Source of the DNA: Candidatus Moanibacter sp.
GTDB taxonomy: Bacteria; Verrucomicrobiota; Verrucomicrobiia; Opitutales; UBA2987
Reading direction: 5' to 3'
DNA length: 64,000 bases
NCBI GenBank assembly: GCA_965215885.1
Contig: CBDCEW010000081.1
Span: forward strand, 12,527-76,526
Part shown: positions 1 to 9,483 of the stretch, one piece after another
Position numbering within the stretch: the stretch's first letter is position 1
Layout of the letters: the number at the start of each line of letters is the position of its first letter
Notes under the pieces: model-generated
Told to the model about the DNA's origin: nothing
The model's database searches: none
The model's input: the letters and a program-made list of their open reading frames with translations, nothing else
Program-made: the position numbers and the translations under genes

Positions 1-897
1 AAATGTGGCCTCGTCCTGCATGCGTTGCAGAAATCCGCGATCCTGCGTAAGGTTGAAAGCGCGAATGGCGGCAAAGGTACTCTTAATTTCCGGATCGCGG
101 AGCGACCACCGCCCGTCGACATATCCAAAATAGACGTCGTTTATGAGAGCGGCGGCGTTGTCATAATTCCAATCGCACTTACTCGCTACTTTCTGCGTCA
201 GTCCCTGGAGGAGGCGATCCAGCGCGGGCGAGCTACGATCCTTCGACCCGGCAAGGGGCACGATATCGACCTGTTTGCGTTCTCCATACTCCCTTGTCTT
301 CTCGGCGAGGGCGAGAAACTCGCGAAAATCTGTCGGCAGACGCGCCTCCGGTCCGTCGACGCGGGCCAAAAGGTCCAGGTTGATGAATATCCGCATCGAG
401 TTCGACCCGGTCGGGAGCGCATAAAACTCTACCAGGCTCTCGTTGAACGACGTCGCGAGGTCGCCGCCGAAAGTCTCGCGCCACGGTACGCCTTCGAGAG
501 ATGTCCCCTCGTTGTAGGGATTGGGCTTATCGATGTACTCGCTCATGGGTGCGAAATGCCGGACGAGGTTGAGGTCGTCGATAAATTGTGACAGGTAATT
601 GACGACGTCGGGCGGATTCTCGCCGATCATCCGGCTGAGCACCCACATCGGCCAAATACGCAATGGTACCGGGTTCTGCTGGACGATTACATCCGGGTGC
701 ATCTTCATGTAGGCGTCCGCCACCGCCTGGTAACCCGCAATGGTCGGCCCCTCCAATCGCCAATGAGCCATGCGAATGACCTTTCGGTCACCGGAGAACC
801 GGCGCGCGGTGCGGCCAAACACATTCCAAAGTGAAAAGGCGAAAGCCGTCGCCAGCAGCGCGAACCCGATCGTGTTGATTATCTTACCGCGGAACAT
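1..897 (-). CDS. ABC transporter extracellular solute-binding protein (runs off window start)
   Basis: Manual translation from ATG at 897: MFRGKIINTIGFALLATAFAFSLWNVFG (signal/TM), then VIRMAHWRLEG...AYMKMHPDVIVQQ...NPPDV...PNPYNEGTSLEGVPWRETF. Frame is open to position 1; sugar-SBP-like motifs. Confidence 0.75.
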   Translation of the reverse strand, partial: MFRGKIINTIGFALLATAFAFSLWNVFGRTARRFSGDRKVIRMAHWRLEGPTIAGYQAVADAYMKMHPDVIVQQNPVPLRIWPMWVLSRMIGENPPDVVNYLSQFIDDLNLVRHFAPMSEYIDKPNPYNEGTSLEGVPWRETFGGDLATSFNESLVEFYALPTGSNSMRIFINLDLLARVDGPEARLPTDFREFLALAEKTREYGERKQVDIVPLAGSKDRSSPALDRLLQGLTQKVASKCDWNYDNAAALINDVYFGYVDGRWSLRDPEIKSTFAAIRAFNLTQDRGFLQRMQDEATF

Positions 898-901
898 TCC
901 A

Positions 902-1873
902 TCATTCCATTTTTCCACCATTCCGGTTCGACTCCGTCACCCCACCATTCCAATCTTCCACTGCTCCATCACTCCAATCCTTCAGCTCTTCAATCCGTTC
1001 CCTAATCATGAACGAGAAGGAGCTTTCCGGACGCATCTGAAGAAAGCGCCGGTAGCTGCTCAGCGCCAAGTCTCGTTTTCCAAGCTCATAGGCGATGTTG
1101 GCGATTTGAAGGAAATCGTTGCCGAGATCGATGATTTCAAAGCTTCCCAAGGCCCTTGCTGCGAGGAGGTGCTCGAGCGCCTGCTCCCTGCCCAGCTCGA
1201 AAAAGAGGTAGCCGGCGGCCATTACAGTGTGGAACTGATTCCTTGCAAATGCTGATTGTAGAAAGCCCGCTTCTTTCTCCAGCGACAGTAAGGTCTCCGT
1301 CGACGGCCGATTCTTGGGATCGGCGTAAAGCCGAATGATGGTCATTTTTGTGAATGCCAACTGGGATGCTAAATGTTCCGGATAGAGTTCGATGAGGTCG
1401 CGGTAGAAACGGAGCGCCTGGGCCATATTTGGTTCCGTGCGATGGAGCTGATCAATCCGGCCGCGGTAGTAAAGCGTCCACGCTTTCAGGTCATCCCCCG
1501 CCGCCGAGGTGACGATCGGTTCAAGCAATGAGTAAGCCTTTTCAATATTGCCCGATGTGCGGGGCTGCACGCTCAGGAGTGTCACTGCCCGGGCGAATGC
1601 ACTTCGCCACGTTTCCTCGCCCGATTTAGGTTTGTAGTCCCGCAGACGCTTCTCCGCTTCCTTGAATTGCAGCGTTCGATTCAACGCCCAGGCCTCGTCT
1701 AAGGTTTGCGAGGAGGGGTAGGCTAAAGTGTTTGCCGCGAGAATCAACATCAGGAGAGTTAGGCGGTAGCGGCTCGACTTGCCGCCTTGCCGCAAAGATC
1801 GGCCAGGTTCCAATATTTGCCGTCTGTCTCTCAGTCCCGGTTCGGAGCCGAATCTCATCCTCACTAAGAGCAA
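902..1873 (-). CDS. Tetratricopeptide-repeat protein, probably exported (true start may be near 1750)
   Basis: ORF with hydrophobic N-terminal segment and TPR-like helices (AWTLYYRGRI...AQALRFYRDLIELYP; LQIANIAYELGKRDLALSSYRRFL). Confidence 0.65.
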   Translation of the reverse strand: MLLVRMRFGSEPGLRDRRQILEPGRSLRQGGKSSRYRLTLLMLILAANTLAYPSSQTLDEAWALNRTLQFKEAEKRLRDYKPKSGEETWRSAFARAVTLLSVQPRTSGNIEKAYSLLEPIVTSAAGDDLKAWTLYYRGRIDQLHRTEPNMAQALRFYRDLIELYPEHLASQLAFTKMTIIRLYADPKNRPSTETLLSLEKEAGFLQSAFARNQFHTVMAAGYLFFELGREQALEHLLAARALGSFEIIDLGNDFLQIANIAYELGKRDLALSSYRRFLQMRPESSFSFMIRERIEELKDWSDGAVEDWNGGVTESNRNGGKME

Positions 1874-1933
1874 TGAGACGGTAGCGCTGTGTCTAGCCTA
1901 ATTGCACGACCTCCGACACAAACGTGAAGTGCG

Positions 1934-2023
1934 ACCCACCCCTATCCCCTCCCAGGAGGGGATCTGTTCACTTTGGGGGTTTATCGATCAAGTTCCCCTC
2001 CTGCGGAGGGGTTAGGGGTGGGT
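1934..2023. repeat. REP-like palindromic doublet (CCCACCCCTAWCCCCTCCCAGGAGGGGA ... TCCCCTCCTG-GAGGGG-AGGGGTGGG), copy 1
   Basis: Inverted arms; near-identical copy at 28507-28594. Confidence 0.85.
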
Positions 2024-2055
2024 TCTTCCCAAGTGAAATTATCATCAAATAAACG

Positions 2056-2628
2056 TTAGACATTCGTCTGCCATAAATCCGCCAGCCGATCCGCGATATC
2101 CGGAAGCACCGGCAGCGGCGAGCTCGGTATTGGTTCATACCAGAAGCTGGAGCAGCACCAGTCGTCCTGCCGTTCAAAAAGAATCGCATTCTCTATGCCG
2201 AGTTGCTGGATGGTGACTCGAATGTCTTCTTTCCAGTAAACAGGATCGGGCAGATGCCAACGGTAAAAAGAGACAAACTCTTCGCGGCACAGAGTGCATC
2301 CTCCGTAGGGGTGGCAGGTTTCCTGGACCGCGAATCCGAGAGTAGCATAGTCTTCCGTACCCGTGAAGCAGATGGTCGGGAACTCGCGGTCCCCGTCGAG
2401 ATAGATCTTCGCCTCCCCTTCGCCCCACCAGTGCTCCAGATCCAGAATGAGGACACCGATGACAGTTCCCATATACCGACCTCTGCCACTGCGTCGGGGC
2501 AAAATTTCGAAATCCTCCTTTAAAGTAGTTGGATTTTCTAACGAGATCGACCGCGATTCCAGGCCAGCGTCCAGTTCGAATGGGCGGCCAACGAGGTCAA
2601 ACTGTGATAGAGATCCATCGAGTTTCAC
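2056..2628 (-). pseudogene. DUF2961 / GH172-like protein with internal in-frame deletion
   Basis: C-terminal motifs WWGEGEAKIYLDGD, FPTICFTGTEDY, FYRWHLPDPV, ERQDDW. N-terminal SRSISLENPT is joined directly to TLKEDFEIL; only 190 aa. Confidence 0.65.
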
Positions 2629-2866
2629 GACCGCAAGAGATTAGGCTGCTTTAAAGGATTGTCGAGAGTCATAAGCCAGGTGACGGCAACGCCATTTCTG
2701 TCACGCACGGGAGCCCAGCGCCGAGCTCTGAAACGCTCATACAGAAAACCGGAGGATGCCTTGTGATGAGGGCCTGATGAGATATTTCACTTGAGAATTC
2801 ATCACAGCTTGCAATGGGGTCGCTGGCTCTTTCAAGGATCATCGTGCGCCTTGTTTTACCGCGAGG

Positions 2867-2961
2867 GTAGGAAGCTCGCTCGCGAGCGATCCAGATCCCT
2901 TGATGTTCCCTTCGGCCGCCCCTCGACGAAGCTCGGGGTCTGCGACAAGCGGCCTTCCTAC
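2867..2961. repeat. GTAG-type REP-like element (GTAGGAAGCTCGCTCGCGAGCGAT...TTCCTAC)
   Basis: Same palindrome as at 16355-16423. Confidence 0.6.
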
Positions 2962-3088
2962 GCCTGACGGTCTTCGAAAAGCTAAACAGGGGCAATTCCG
3001 CTTAAGGGGGTTTCAGCCCGATCCGGATAGTCAATAAACTGTGATCGTGCCGCCAACGAAACATACTCGGGTGCTGAGATTTCCGGAA

Positions 3089-3829
3089 TTAAACCACCTG
3101 CTCGACCGAGCGAACGAGCACATCGCATACCTGGACGTGCCTCGGCGCGGAAAGTATATTCACCGCTACGTCAGCGATATCTTCCGGTTCAAGGGGGCGG
3201 TATTCGTATTCGTGCGGAGCGCGATCGTGCCATTCCGTTCGAACCAGGCCGGGAGATATCATGGCAACTTTAATCGTGCTCTTCCGTGATGCCAATTCCC
3301 CGCGAAGACCGTCGGTTAGGACTCGTAGTGTGTGTTTGCTGGCGCTGTAGGTTACGGAGCTGCGTCCAGCTACCACGCGATGCGCATTCATGGATGAGAT
3401 GTTGATGATAGCCGCATCCTCCTTCCCTTCCATGTCCTGAAGGGCTTCCTGCATGCAGAGGCCGACCGCACGCACGTTTAAGTCCAGGCAGCTCTCGATG
3501 GTCGCCCAATCGACCTTTGCGAATCCATGGCCGCCGCTCACACCAGCATTATTCACGAGGATGTCTAACCCGCCCCAGGAATCTCGAATCTTACGAAAGA
3601 AGCCGCGATTCGTATCTTCCTTCCGCTGGTCACCCTCCAACGCTAGGACTGCTCCGCCGTCCTGCTCGAGCGACTTTTTCAAGGCATTGAGTCGTTCAAC
3701 CCGGCGCCCCGTGATGGCGACCCTTATGCCAAGTCTCGAAAACTTAACCGCAATAGCGCGTCCGATTCCCGAGGTAGCGCCCGTAACCAGTGCAACCTTT
3801 CCTTTCCAACGTTCGATTCCGAAGCTCAT
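3089..3829 (-). CDS. SDR family NAD(P)-dependent oxidoreductase (YdfG-like)
   Basis: TGATSGIG, NNAG and YSASK motifs. Confidence 0.9.
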   Translation of the reverse strand: MSFGIERWKGKVALVTGATSGIGRAIAVKFSRLGIRVAITGRRVERLNALKKSLEQDGGAVLALEGDQRKEDTNRGFFRKIRDSWGGLDILVNNAGVSGGHGFAKVDWATIESCLDLNVRAVGLCMQEALQDMEGKEDAAIINISSMNAHRVVAGRSSVTYSASKHTLRVLTDGLRGELASRKSTIKVAMISPGLVRTEWHDRAPHEYEYRPLEPEDIADVAVNILSAPRHVQVCDVLVRSVEQVV

Positions 3830-4054
3830 GGGATGGCATTTTGACACCCGGATTCCAGAAGACAATACAGCAGGTCTTATTACTCCCCAATTGGATAGTA
3901 ATTCTCTGTCATCGCGAGCCGGTCGAAGGGAGGCGCGGCGATCCAGGTATCGAATCACGGTGTCATTGCGAGGAAGATGCAGAAAGGCCACCTACCGTAG
4001 CGGAATCCGGAAGGATTTCGATCAGATCCTAAAATTTGCCCGAGTCGTAGCGTC

Positions 4055-4855
4055 TTACCCCATCGTCAAACCGCCGTCTACAGCAATTGCCTGGCCGGTG
4101 ATGTTGCGGGCTTCCTCTGAAGCAAGAAAGACGACGAGATTACCGATATCCTCTGGTGATTGATCCCTCCCCATCGGCGTGTTCTTGGTGACGATGTCGT
4201 CATACATGGCTCGGGCTTCCATCCCCTCATAAGCTGGATTATCACGGGCAAGGAGAGGCGCCAACCGATGCCAGAAATTCGTCCAGACGAAACCGGGACA
4301 GACTGCGTTGACGTTGATGTTATGGGGACCGAGGTCCTTGGCCATGACACGTGTCAAACTTAAGAGGGCGTTCTTGGCTGCGGCATAGGCCGGAACAAAC
4401 TGCGGGTCACGTTTCGCCGCGATTGAAGAGATGTTGATGATCTTGCCGGACTTACGCTCAATCATGTGCGGCGCCAATGCCTTGCTGAGAAAAAATGGGC
4501 CTTTGACGTGTACCGCGAAATTATCGTCCCACTCAGCTTCGGTGTGCTGGGTGAAGGGTGCACCTACCACCTTACCGAAATGCCCCGCGTTGTTTACCAG
4601 AATGTCCACTTGGCCGAACGTCTGTATCGCCTTCTCCAGGAGGGTCCGGCAGTCTTCTTCTCGAGTGACGTCCGATTTCACGGCGAGCCCTCGGCGGCCT
4701 AAATTGCTGATCTCCTCAATGCGCTTCTCCGCCCTCTCTACCTCGAGGTCCGACACCACGATGTCGGCGCCTTCCCGCGCCAGGCAGCTGCAGATTCCGT
4801 TCCCCATCCCGCCACCACCGCCCGTAACAATCGCCACTTTGTTTTCTAACCGCAT
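4055..4855 (-). CDS. SDR family oxidoreductase
   Basis: TGGGGGMG, NNAG, YAAAK, NAVCPG and VDGG motifs. Confidence 0.92.
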   Translation of the reverse strand: MRLENKVAIVTGGGGGMGNGICSCLAREGADIVVSDLEVERAEKRIEEISNLGRRGLAVKSDVTREEDCRTLLEKAIQTFGQVDILVNNAGHFGKVVGAPFTQHTEAEWDDNFAVHVKGPFFLSKALAPHMIERKSGKIINISSIAAKRDPQFVPAYAAAKNALLSLTRVMAKDLGPHNINVNAVCPGFVWTNFWHRLAPLLARDNPAYEGMEARAMYDDIVTKNTPMGRDQSPEDIGNLVVFLASEEARNITGQAIAVDGGLTMG

Positions 4856-5063
4856 AGGCACATTTTCTACCGCTCTTTGCGAATAAGGCGAAGATAAAAT
4901 GTCAACCATGAGAACTTCATCGGGCCCCGCCTGAAAGGTGGTCTCAGGCGATGCCAGCACGTTGCTTTCAGAGATGCTGTCTTCCATCCGAAAACTAACG
5001 GTGCAAATCTTTATGAATCGATGTACCTGTTTAGCGTTTCTGAGGCTGCCTCGGTCTTGCGCC

Positions 5064-6437
5064 CATAAGCGCTAACTTGTTTGCTTGACATAGTGCATTT
5101 CCTGCTGTGGACTTCCGCAACAGGTTAGCAGAATTGAAGGGAGGTCGACCATGATGGATGAAGACTGGAGCGTGCTGATGTCTTTTTTCCCGCCGCAATG
5201 GAAAGAATTGGCTAAGAAGACCAACGCGTTGAAGGGATTGCGCCGGGACAAGGCACCTGGGAAGTTGCTGAGGATTCTGATGGTGCACCTGGCATGTGGG
5301 TATTCGCTGCGCGAAACCGTGGTGCGTGCGCGCCAGGCGCAGTTGGCGGAACTGTCAGACGTAGCGTTGCTGAAGCGGCTGCGCAAGTGCAAGGACTGGC
5401 TTTATTCGCTGTGCGTGGCATTGTTTCGCGAGCGTGGCCTGGATTTGGGGGCGGTGGGGCAACGGGAGTTTCGTCTGATCGATGCGACGATGGTGAAGGA
5501 ACCCGGGAAGACGGGCAGCTTGTGGCGTGTGCACTATAGCTTGCGAGTTCCTTCGATGGCGTGCGATTTTTTCAAACTTACGCCAGCGCAAGGTGAAGGC
5601 ACCGGCGAGTCGCTTAGACAGTTTCCGCTGGCAGCAGGTGACTACGTGATCGCCGATCGGGGATACTGCCAGGCTTCCGGGCTTCAATATGCAGCCTCCC
5701 AAGGGGCTTTTGTAAGTATACGGCTGGCACCGCACAACATACGGCTGCTCGATCCTCGGGGAGAGGTTCTGAACCTGACCGCCTGCCTGGAGCAGATCGG
5801 GGCCGGTGGCAAGGTGGGCGCTTGGCCAGTCATGGTGCCCGCATCGGATCAGCCCCCGTTGCCAGCGCGGGTGTGTGCCATCCGCAAAAGCGAGCAAGCG
5901 ATCGCCATGGCCCACAAGAGATTGCGGCGAATCGCCAGCAGGCGGGGCGAGAAGCTGATGCCCGAAACGCTCTATTACGCCGAATACGTCATGGTGCTGA
6001 CGACTTTTCCTGAATCGCTCTTTTCCGCACTGGAGGTGCTCGAATGGTATCGTATCCGCTGGCAGGTGGAACTGGTCTTCAAACGATTCAAACAGATCGC
6101 ACAGTTAGGACATCTGCCTAAGTATGACGATGAAAGCGCCAAGGCGTGGCTCTATGGCAAGCTCTTCGCGGCCCTGATCACCGAGAAGATCATTCAAAGT
6201 GCGATCTCTATTTCCCCCTGGGGATATGTCCTGGAGCCGGAAAAAACAGCAGAGTCGATGGCGTGAGTTTGCCTTCGTCTTCCATCAACTCCAGCGGGCC
6301 GTCGATCCCGCTGTGCCTTTGCGACAAGTGATAGAAAATTGGAACGATATAGCTCAAGGCTTAGCAGAGTCTCCACGGCAACGCCGACCACAGTTAGAGG
6401 TCAGATTCCCAGGTCAGCAAACAAGTTAGCGCTTATG
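5064..6437 (+). mobile_element. IS4-family insertion sequence
   Basis: TIR CATAAGCGCTAACTTGTTTGCT / AGCAAACAAGTTAGCGCTTATG. Flanks GGTCTTGCGCC / GGTCTTGTGCC (11-bp TSD with one mismatch; the boundary could equally be read as 7 or 9 bp). Confidence 0.9.
5151..6266 (+). CDS. IS4-family DDE transposase
   Basis: LIDAT, IADRGY, and YRIRWQVELVFKRFK (YREK motif). Confidence 0.92.
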   Translation: MMDEDWSVLMSFFPPQWKELAKKTNALKGLRRDKAPGKLLRILMVHLACGYSLRETVVRARQAQLAELSDVALLKRLRKCKDWLYSLCVALFRERGLDLGAVGQREFRLIDATMVKEPGKTGSLWRVHYSLRVPSMACDFFKLTPAQGEGTGESLRQFPLAAGDYVIADRGYCQASGLQYAASQGAFVSIRLAPHNIRLLDPRGEVLNLTACLEQIGAGGKVGAWPVMVPASDQPPLPARVCAIRKSEQAIAMAHKRLRRIASRRGEKLMPETLYYAEYVMVLTTFPESLFSALEVLEWYRIRWQVELVFKRFKQIAQLGHLPKYDDESAKAWLYGKLFAALITEKIIQSAISISPWGYVLEPEKTAESMA

Positions 6438-6491
6438 GGTCTTGTGCCGGGGTGGTGCACGCTATACAGCTACAATAGGCGATTGCCACCG

Positions 6492-6576
6492 CCCGCCCCT
6501 CCACCGTTCCTTTCTCGCCTCAGTCCCGGCGCGACGCGCCGGGACTGAGGCGAGAAAGGAACGCTGGAGGGGCGGG
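6492..6576. repeat. Near-perfect palindrome: 42-bp arms, 1-nt spacer, one mismatch
   Basis: CCCGCCCCTCCACCGTTCCTTTCTCGCCTCAGTCCCGGCGCG-A-CGCGCCGGGACTGAGGCGAGAAAGGAACGCTGGAGGGGCGGG. Confidence 0.95.
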
Positions 6577-6947
6577 TAGAAGCACACGGCTGATAGCAGG
6601 GAACGCGCGACACCCCGGCGCAAGACCCATAATTACGAAATTGGGTTGGAGAACCCAAAGTAAATGTTATTCAGGCACTTGCAAGATTCTATTGATTACA
6701 TAGTATGCCAGAATGGAGTTTCAACGATTGTTGTGTGTGGGTTCGTTAGAGGTAGAGAGCTTTTCTTGCAGGTTTGTTTTCAGTTAGAAACTTGTTGAGT
6801 ATTAATCAGTTACAAAAGCGCTTTGAACGGGGAGTTGATTTCTGGTGGCAATTGAGTAGAAGCGAAGGGAGCTGGAGAAAGTTGGTATTGGCATTGTATG
6901 TAAAAGAAAGTTTGCAGTTTTGCCTCCTTTCCATACTGTGCCGGTGC

Positions 6948-7664
6948 ATGCAAGAAGAGCTTTCGCGTAAAGAGAGGGAGGTGGTCGAAGCGGTACGGCG
7001 GGATCGGGTAAGCACGGTGTGGAGGCTGATGAAGGAGCAGAGGGTGTCGCGGCGAACGGTCTATCGGGCTTTGCAAAAATATGGCCATTACTCCAGTTAC
7101 AATGCCAATTGTGGCTACCTGAGCTTGAAAGACATTCCGCGCTTTGACGGGGCCGGTTTGTGGCGTTTTCGCAAGGGGCGCTTTTCGCGCCACGGCACCT
7201 TGGAGGAGACCGTGGAGGCGGTGGTGGGAGCTTCGCTTTGCGGCTACACGGTGGCTGAGTTGGAGACCCTCCTTGGGGTACGGGTGCACAACCCCATAAG
7301 CGTGCTTTGTAGAAAGAAGCGGTTGAGTCGATACGATGAAGGGCGTCACTGCGTGTATGTCTCGGCCGGGGAACAGGGCGGGGCCGAACAGAAAAAGCGG
7401 CGGCAAGGGCGAAGAACAGCGGCACAAGTTCAGGCAGGGGACCCCGGGGGCGCTTTGCAGGCAGCTCCCGAAGGGCTCGAAACGATGGTCGTGATCGCTT
7501 TGCTGGTCGCCTGTATCGGCCATCCCGAGGCCGGGGTCAAGGAGCTTGTCGAGCTTATGCAAGAGCAGGGAGTAGAGCTGAGCGGGGAGCAAATTGAGCG
7601 GGTGATGGCGTTTTACTCGCTCAAAAAAAAACCGGCCGATCGCGGTAGCGGAGCTGTTACATGA
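6948..7664 (+). CDS. IS ORF-A, HTH-like DNA-binding protein; probable N-terminal part of the transposase
   Basis: VSRRTVYRAL HTH-like segment; ends just after an A9 run that overlaps the open ORF-B frame. Confidence 0.7.
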   Translation: MQEELSRKEREVVEAVRRDRVSTVWRLMKEQRVSRRTVYRALQKYGHYSSYNANCGYLSLKDIPRFDGAGLWRFRKGRFSRHGTLEETVEAVVGASLCGYTVAELETLLGVRVHNPISVLCRKKRLSRYDEGRHCVYVSAGEQGGAEQKKRRQGRRTAAQVQAGDPGGALQAAPEGLETMVVIALLVACIGHPEAGVKELVELMQEQGVELSGEQIERVMAFYSLKKKPADRGSGAVT

Positions 7665-7665
7665 T

Positions 7666-9483
7666 TTGCGGGCAGAGGCTGAACGGGCCCTGCAAACGGT
7701 GGGGGCTGTGCCTGCGCAAACGAGTTATCGCTTCGATGCCCGGGAGGACGAAGAGGGTCCTTCAGAGGTGCGCAAGACCCTGCGCCGCAAGGTGGTCAGT
7801 TTCTCCTATGGATGCTTCCAGGCGGTGGAAGTTGTGCGCGAGCAGGGGCAAGGGAGCCACCGCAACAGCTACCGTTCTGCTCGCCTGGAACAGATCGTGC
7901 CCTCGCATAGTCGCTACGCTTACGATCTGATTGCCTATGTGGGCAAGCGATGTTTGTGCGAAAGCGCCACCCTCAAAGAGGTGCACAGGGAACTGCGCGA
8001 GGGCCCGGGGCAGCTGCAGATTGCTCAAAGCAGCCTCTATGAGATGCAGCAGAAGTTTCTTTTTTATCTGGGTCGGCTGCACGCCGCGGCCGCTCCGGTG
8101 CTTAAAGATTACCTGAGCGCTCGCCCTTGCCTGCGCTGGCTGGTGGATGGGACCGTGGAACCGCAGACGCCGGTTTTCTTCGCTGTTCAGGAAGCCGACG
8201 AAGGGATCCTTTTGGGCAGCTGGAAAATGCCTTCCGAACAGAGCGAAACGATCAGTGGCTGTTTTGCCCGGGCGGCCCGGGCTTTTGGCCAACCCCACCA
8301 TGTCTATCATGATTTAAGCGCTCAGATCAGCAAGGCCTGCGAGAGCGAAACCTTCCAGGCCCCCCATGGCGTCTGCCATTATCATTTCGCCCGCAATGTG
8401 GGCGAACAGCTTTATCGAAAACCCCAGCAGATGCTCAACGGGCGCTTGCGGCAATTGAAGCTCATGGAGCGCATGCGCGAGCAACGCAAACACATCACCG
8501 CAAAGCTCCGTGACGCCCTCCGTGAAAAACACGCCCTCGTCCTGGCCGATTTGCTCACCGCCAAAGCGCTCGCAGTGCCCTTCGATCCCACCCTTGCACG
8601 GGAACTGCTCATGGCCCTGCAATTGTGGATTTTGGATTATCCCTGCGACGGTCACCGCCAGGGCTTTCCCTTCGATCCTTACCTGCTTTATTGGCATCGG
8701 CGGGTCGTGCGCGCCCATGCCGCCCTGGAGCAGTGGCTTGCCCGCGCTCCTGCCAGTTGCTCTGTTCTGCGAAGCTTCTTTCATCTTTCGACCGGGTTGA
8801 AGCAGTATCTGGCTGATGCCCTCGTCATCGAAGCCGCTACTATCTATGAAAACGCTTTTTGCATTTTCAGCGCTTTGCGCGATGCCCTTTGGCTCAGCGC
8901 CAGCGGCCCCTGCCCTTTAAGCGACCCTTATCTGTTGCAAGCAGGACAAGCCGCTGAGCTCACCGAGGCTCTCCAGTTGCTGCGTGCCCAATATCGCCAA
9001 AAAGGCGCCTCCCTGACCAACCCCTCGAAAGCCAAACTCTACCGCACCGTGGTCACTCATCTGGACAAATACTGGCAGCGGCTGCTTCCCCCACCGGCCC
9101 ATCCAGACAGCGTACGCACGACCAATGAGCTGGAAGGCACCTGGCGCACCTCCAAGCGCAAACGCCGTCAAACCCACGGGCGCAAAAATCTGACGCGCGA
9201 CTTTGAAGCGCTCCCCGAAGAATACATGCTCCTGGCCAACTTACACAATCCCCGCTATGTGGAGCTGGTTTTAGGCAGTATCGATAATCTGCCCCAAAAG
9301 CTTGCCCAGGCTGCACAGAAAGCACCCCCCTTCAGTCACTGGCGGGCGAACAGAAAAACCCTCGCCGTGGGTCGATTGCCCAAAAAGCTCCTGCGAAAAG
9401 AAAACTTCCTTGAGGAACTCTTCGAAGTCTGTAATCGCCAGGATCAATCCTTAAACCCGCAACCCCATCGGATTGCCTCCTGA
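7666..9483 (+). CDS. IS ORF-B, Mutator/IS256-like DDE transposase
   Basis: WLVDGT (D), VYHDLS (D), VCHYHF (CxxH) and RTTNELEG (E). Confidence 0.82.
   Translation: MRAEAERALQTVGAVPAQTSYRFDAREDEEGPSEVRKTLRRKVVSFSYGCFQAVEVVREQGQGSHRNSYRSARLEQIVPSHSRYAYDLIAYVGKRCLCESATLKEVHRELREGPGQLQIAQSSLYEMQQKFLFYLGRLHAAAAPVLKDYLSARPCLRWLVDGTVEPQTPVFFAVQEADEGILLGSWKMPSEQSETISGCFARAARAFGQPHHVYHDLSAQISKACESETFQAPHGVCHYHFARNVGEQLYRKPQQMLNGRLRQLKLMERMREQRKHITAKLRDALREKHALVLADLLTAKALAVPFDPTLARELLMALQLWILDYPCDGHRQGFPFDPYLLYWHRRVVRAHAALEQWLARAPASCSVLRSFFHLSTGLKQYLADALVIEAATIYENAFCIFSALRDALWLSASGPCPLSDPYLLQAGQAAELTEALQLLRAQYRQKGASLTNPSKAKLYRTVVTHLDKYWQRLLPPPAHPDSVRTTNELEGTWRTSKRKRRQTHGRKNLTRDFEALPEEYMLLANLHNPRYVELVLGSIDNLPQKLAQAAQKAPPFSHWRANRKTLAVGRLPKKLLRKENFLEELFEVCNRQDQSLNPQPHRIAS

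Noticed and set aside
25..591. 188-aa plus-strand ORF, and similar long antisense ORFs (3453-4163, 27764-28621, 28791-29510, 33005-33799)
   Set aside because: Shadows of well-supported genes on the opposite strand; no recognisable motifs.
6440..6625. Structured ncRNA or bridge/guide RNA for IS targeting
   Set aside because: Neither neighbouring transposase is IS110/IS1111 or TnpB-type. The structure is explained as a DNA palindrome and there is no expression evidence.
6774..6947. Extended N-terminus of IS ORF-A (296 aa)
   Set aside because: Copy 2 has a stop in this extension; ATG 6948 is shared by both copies.
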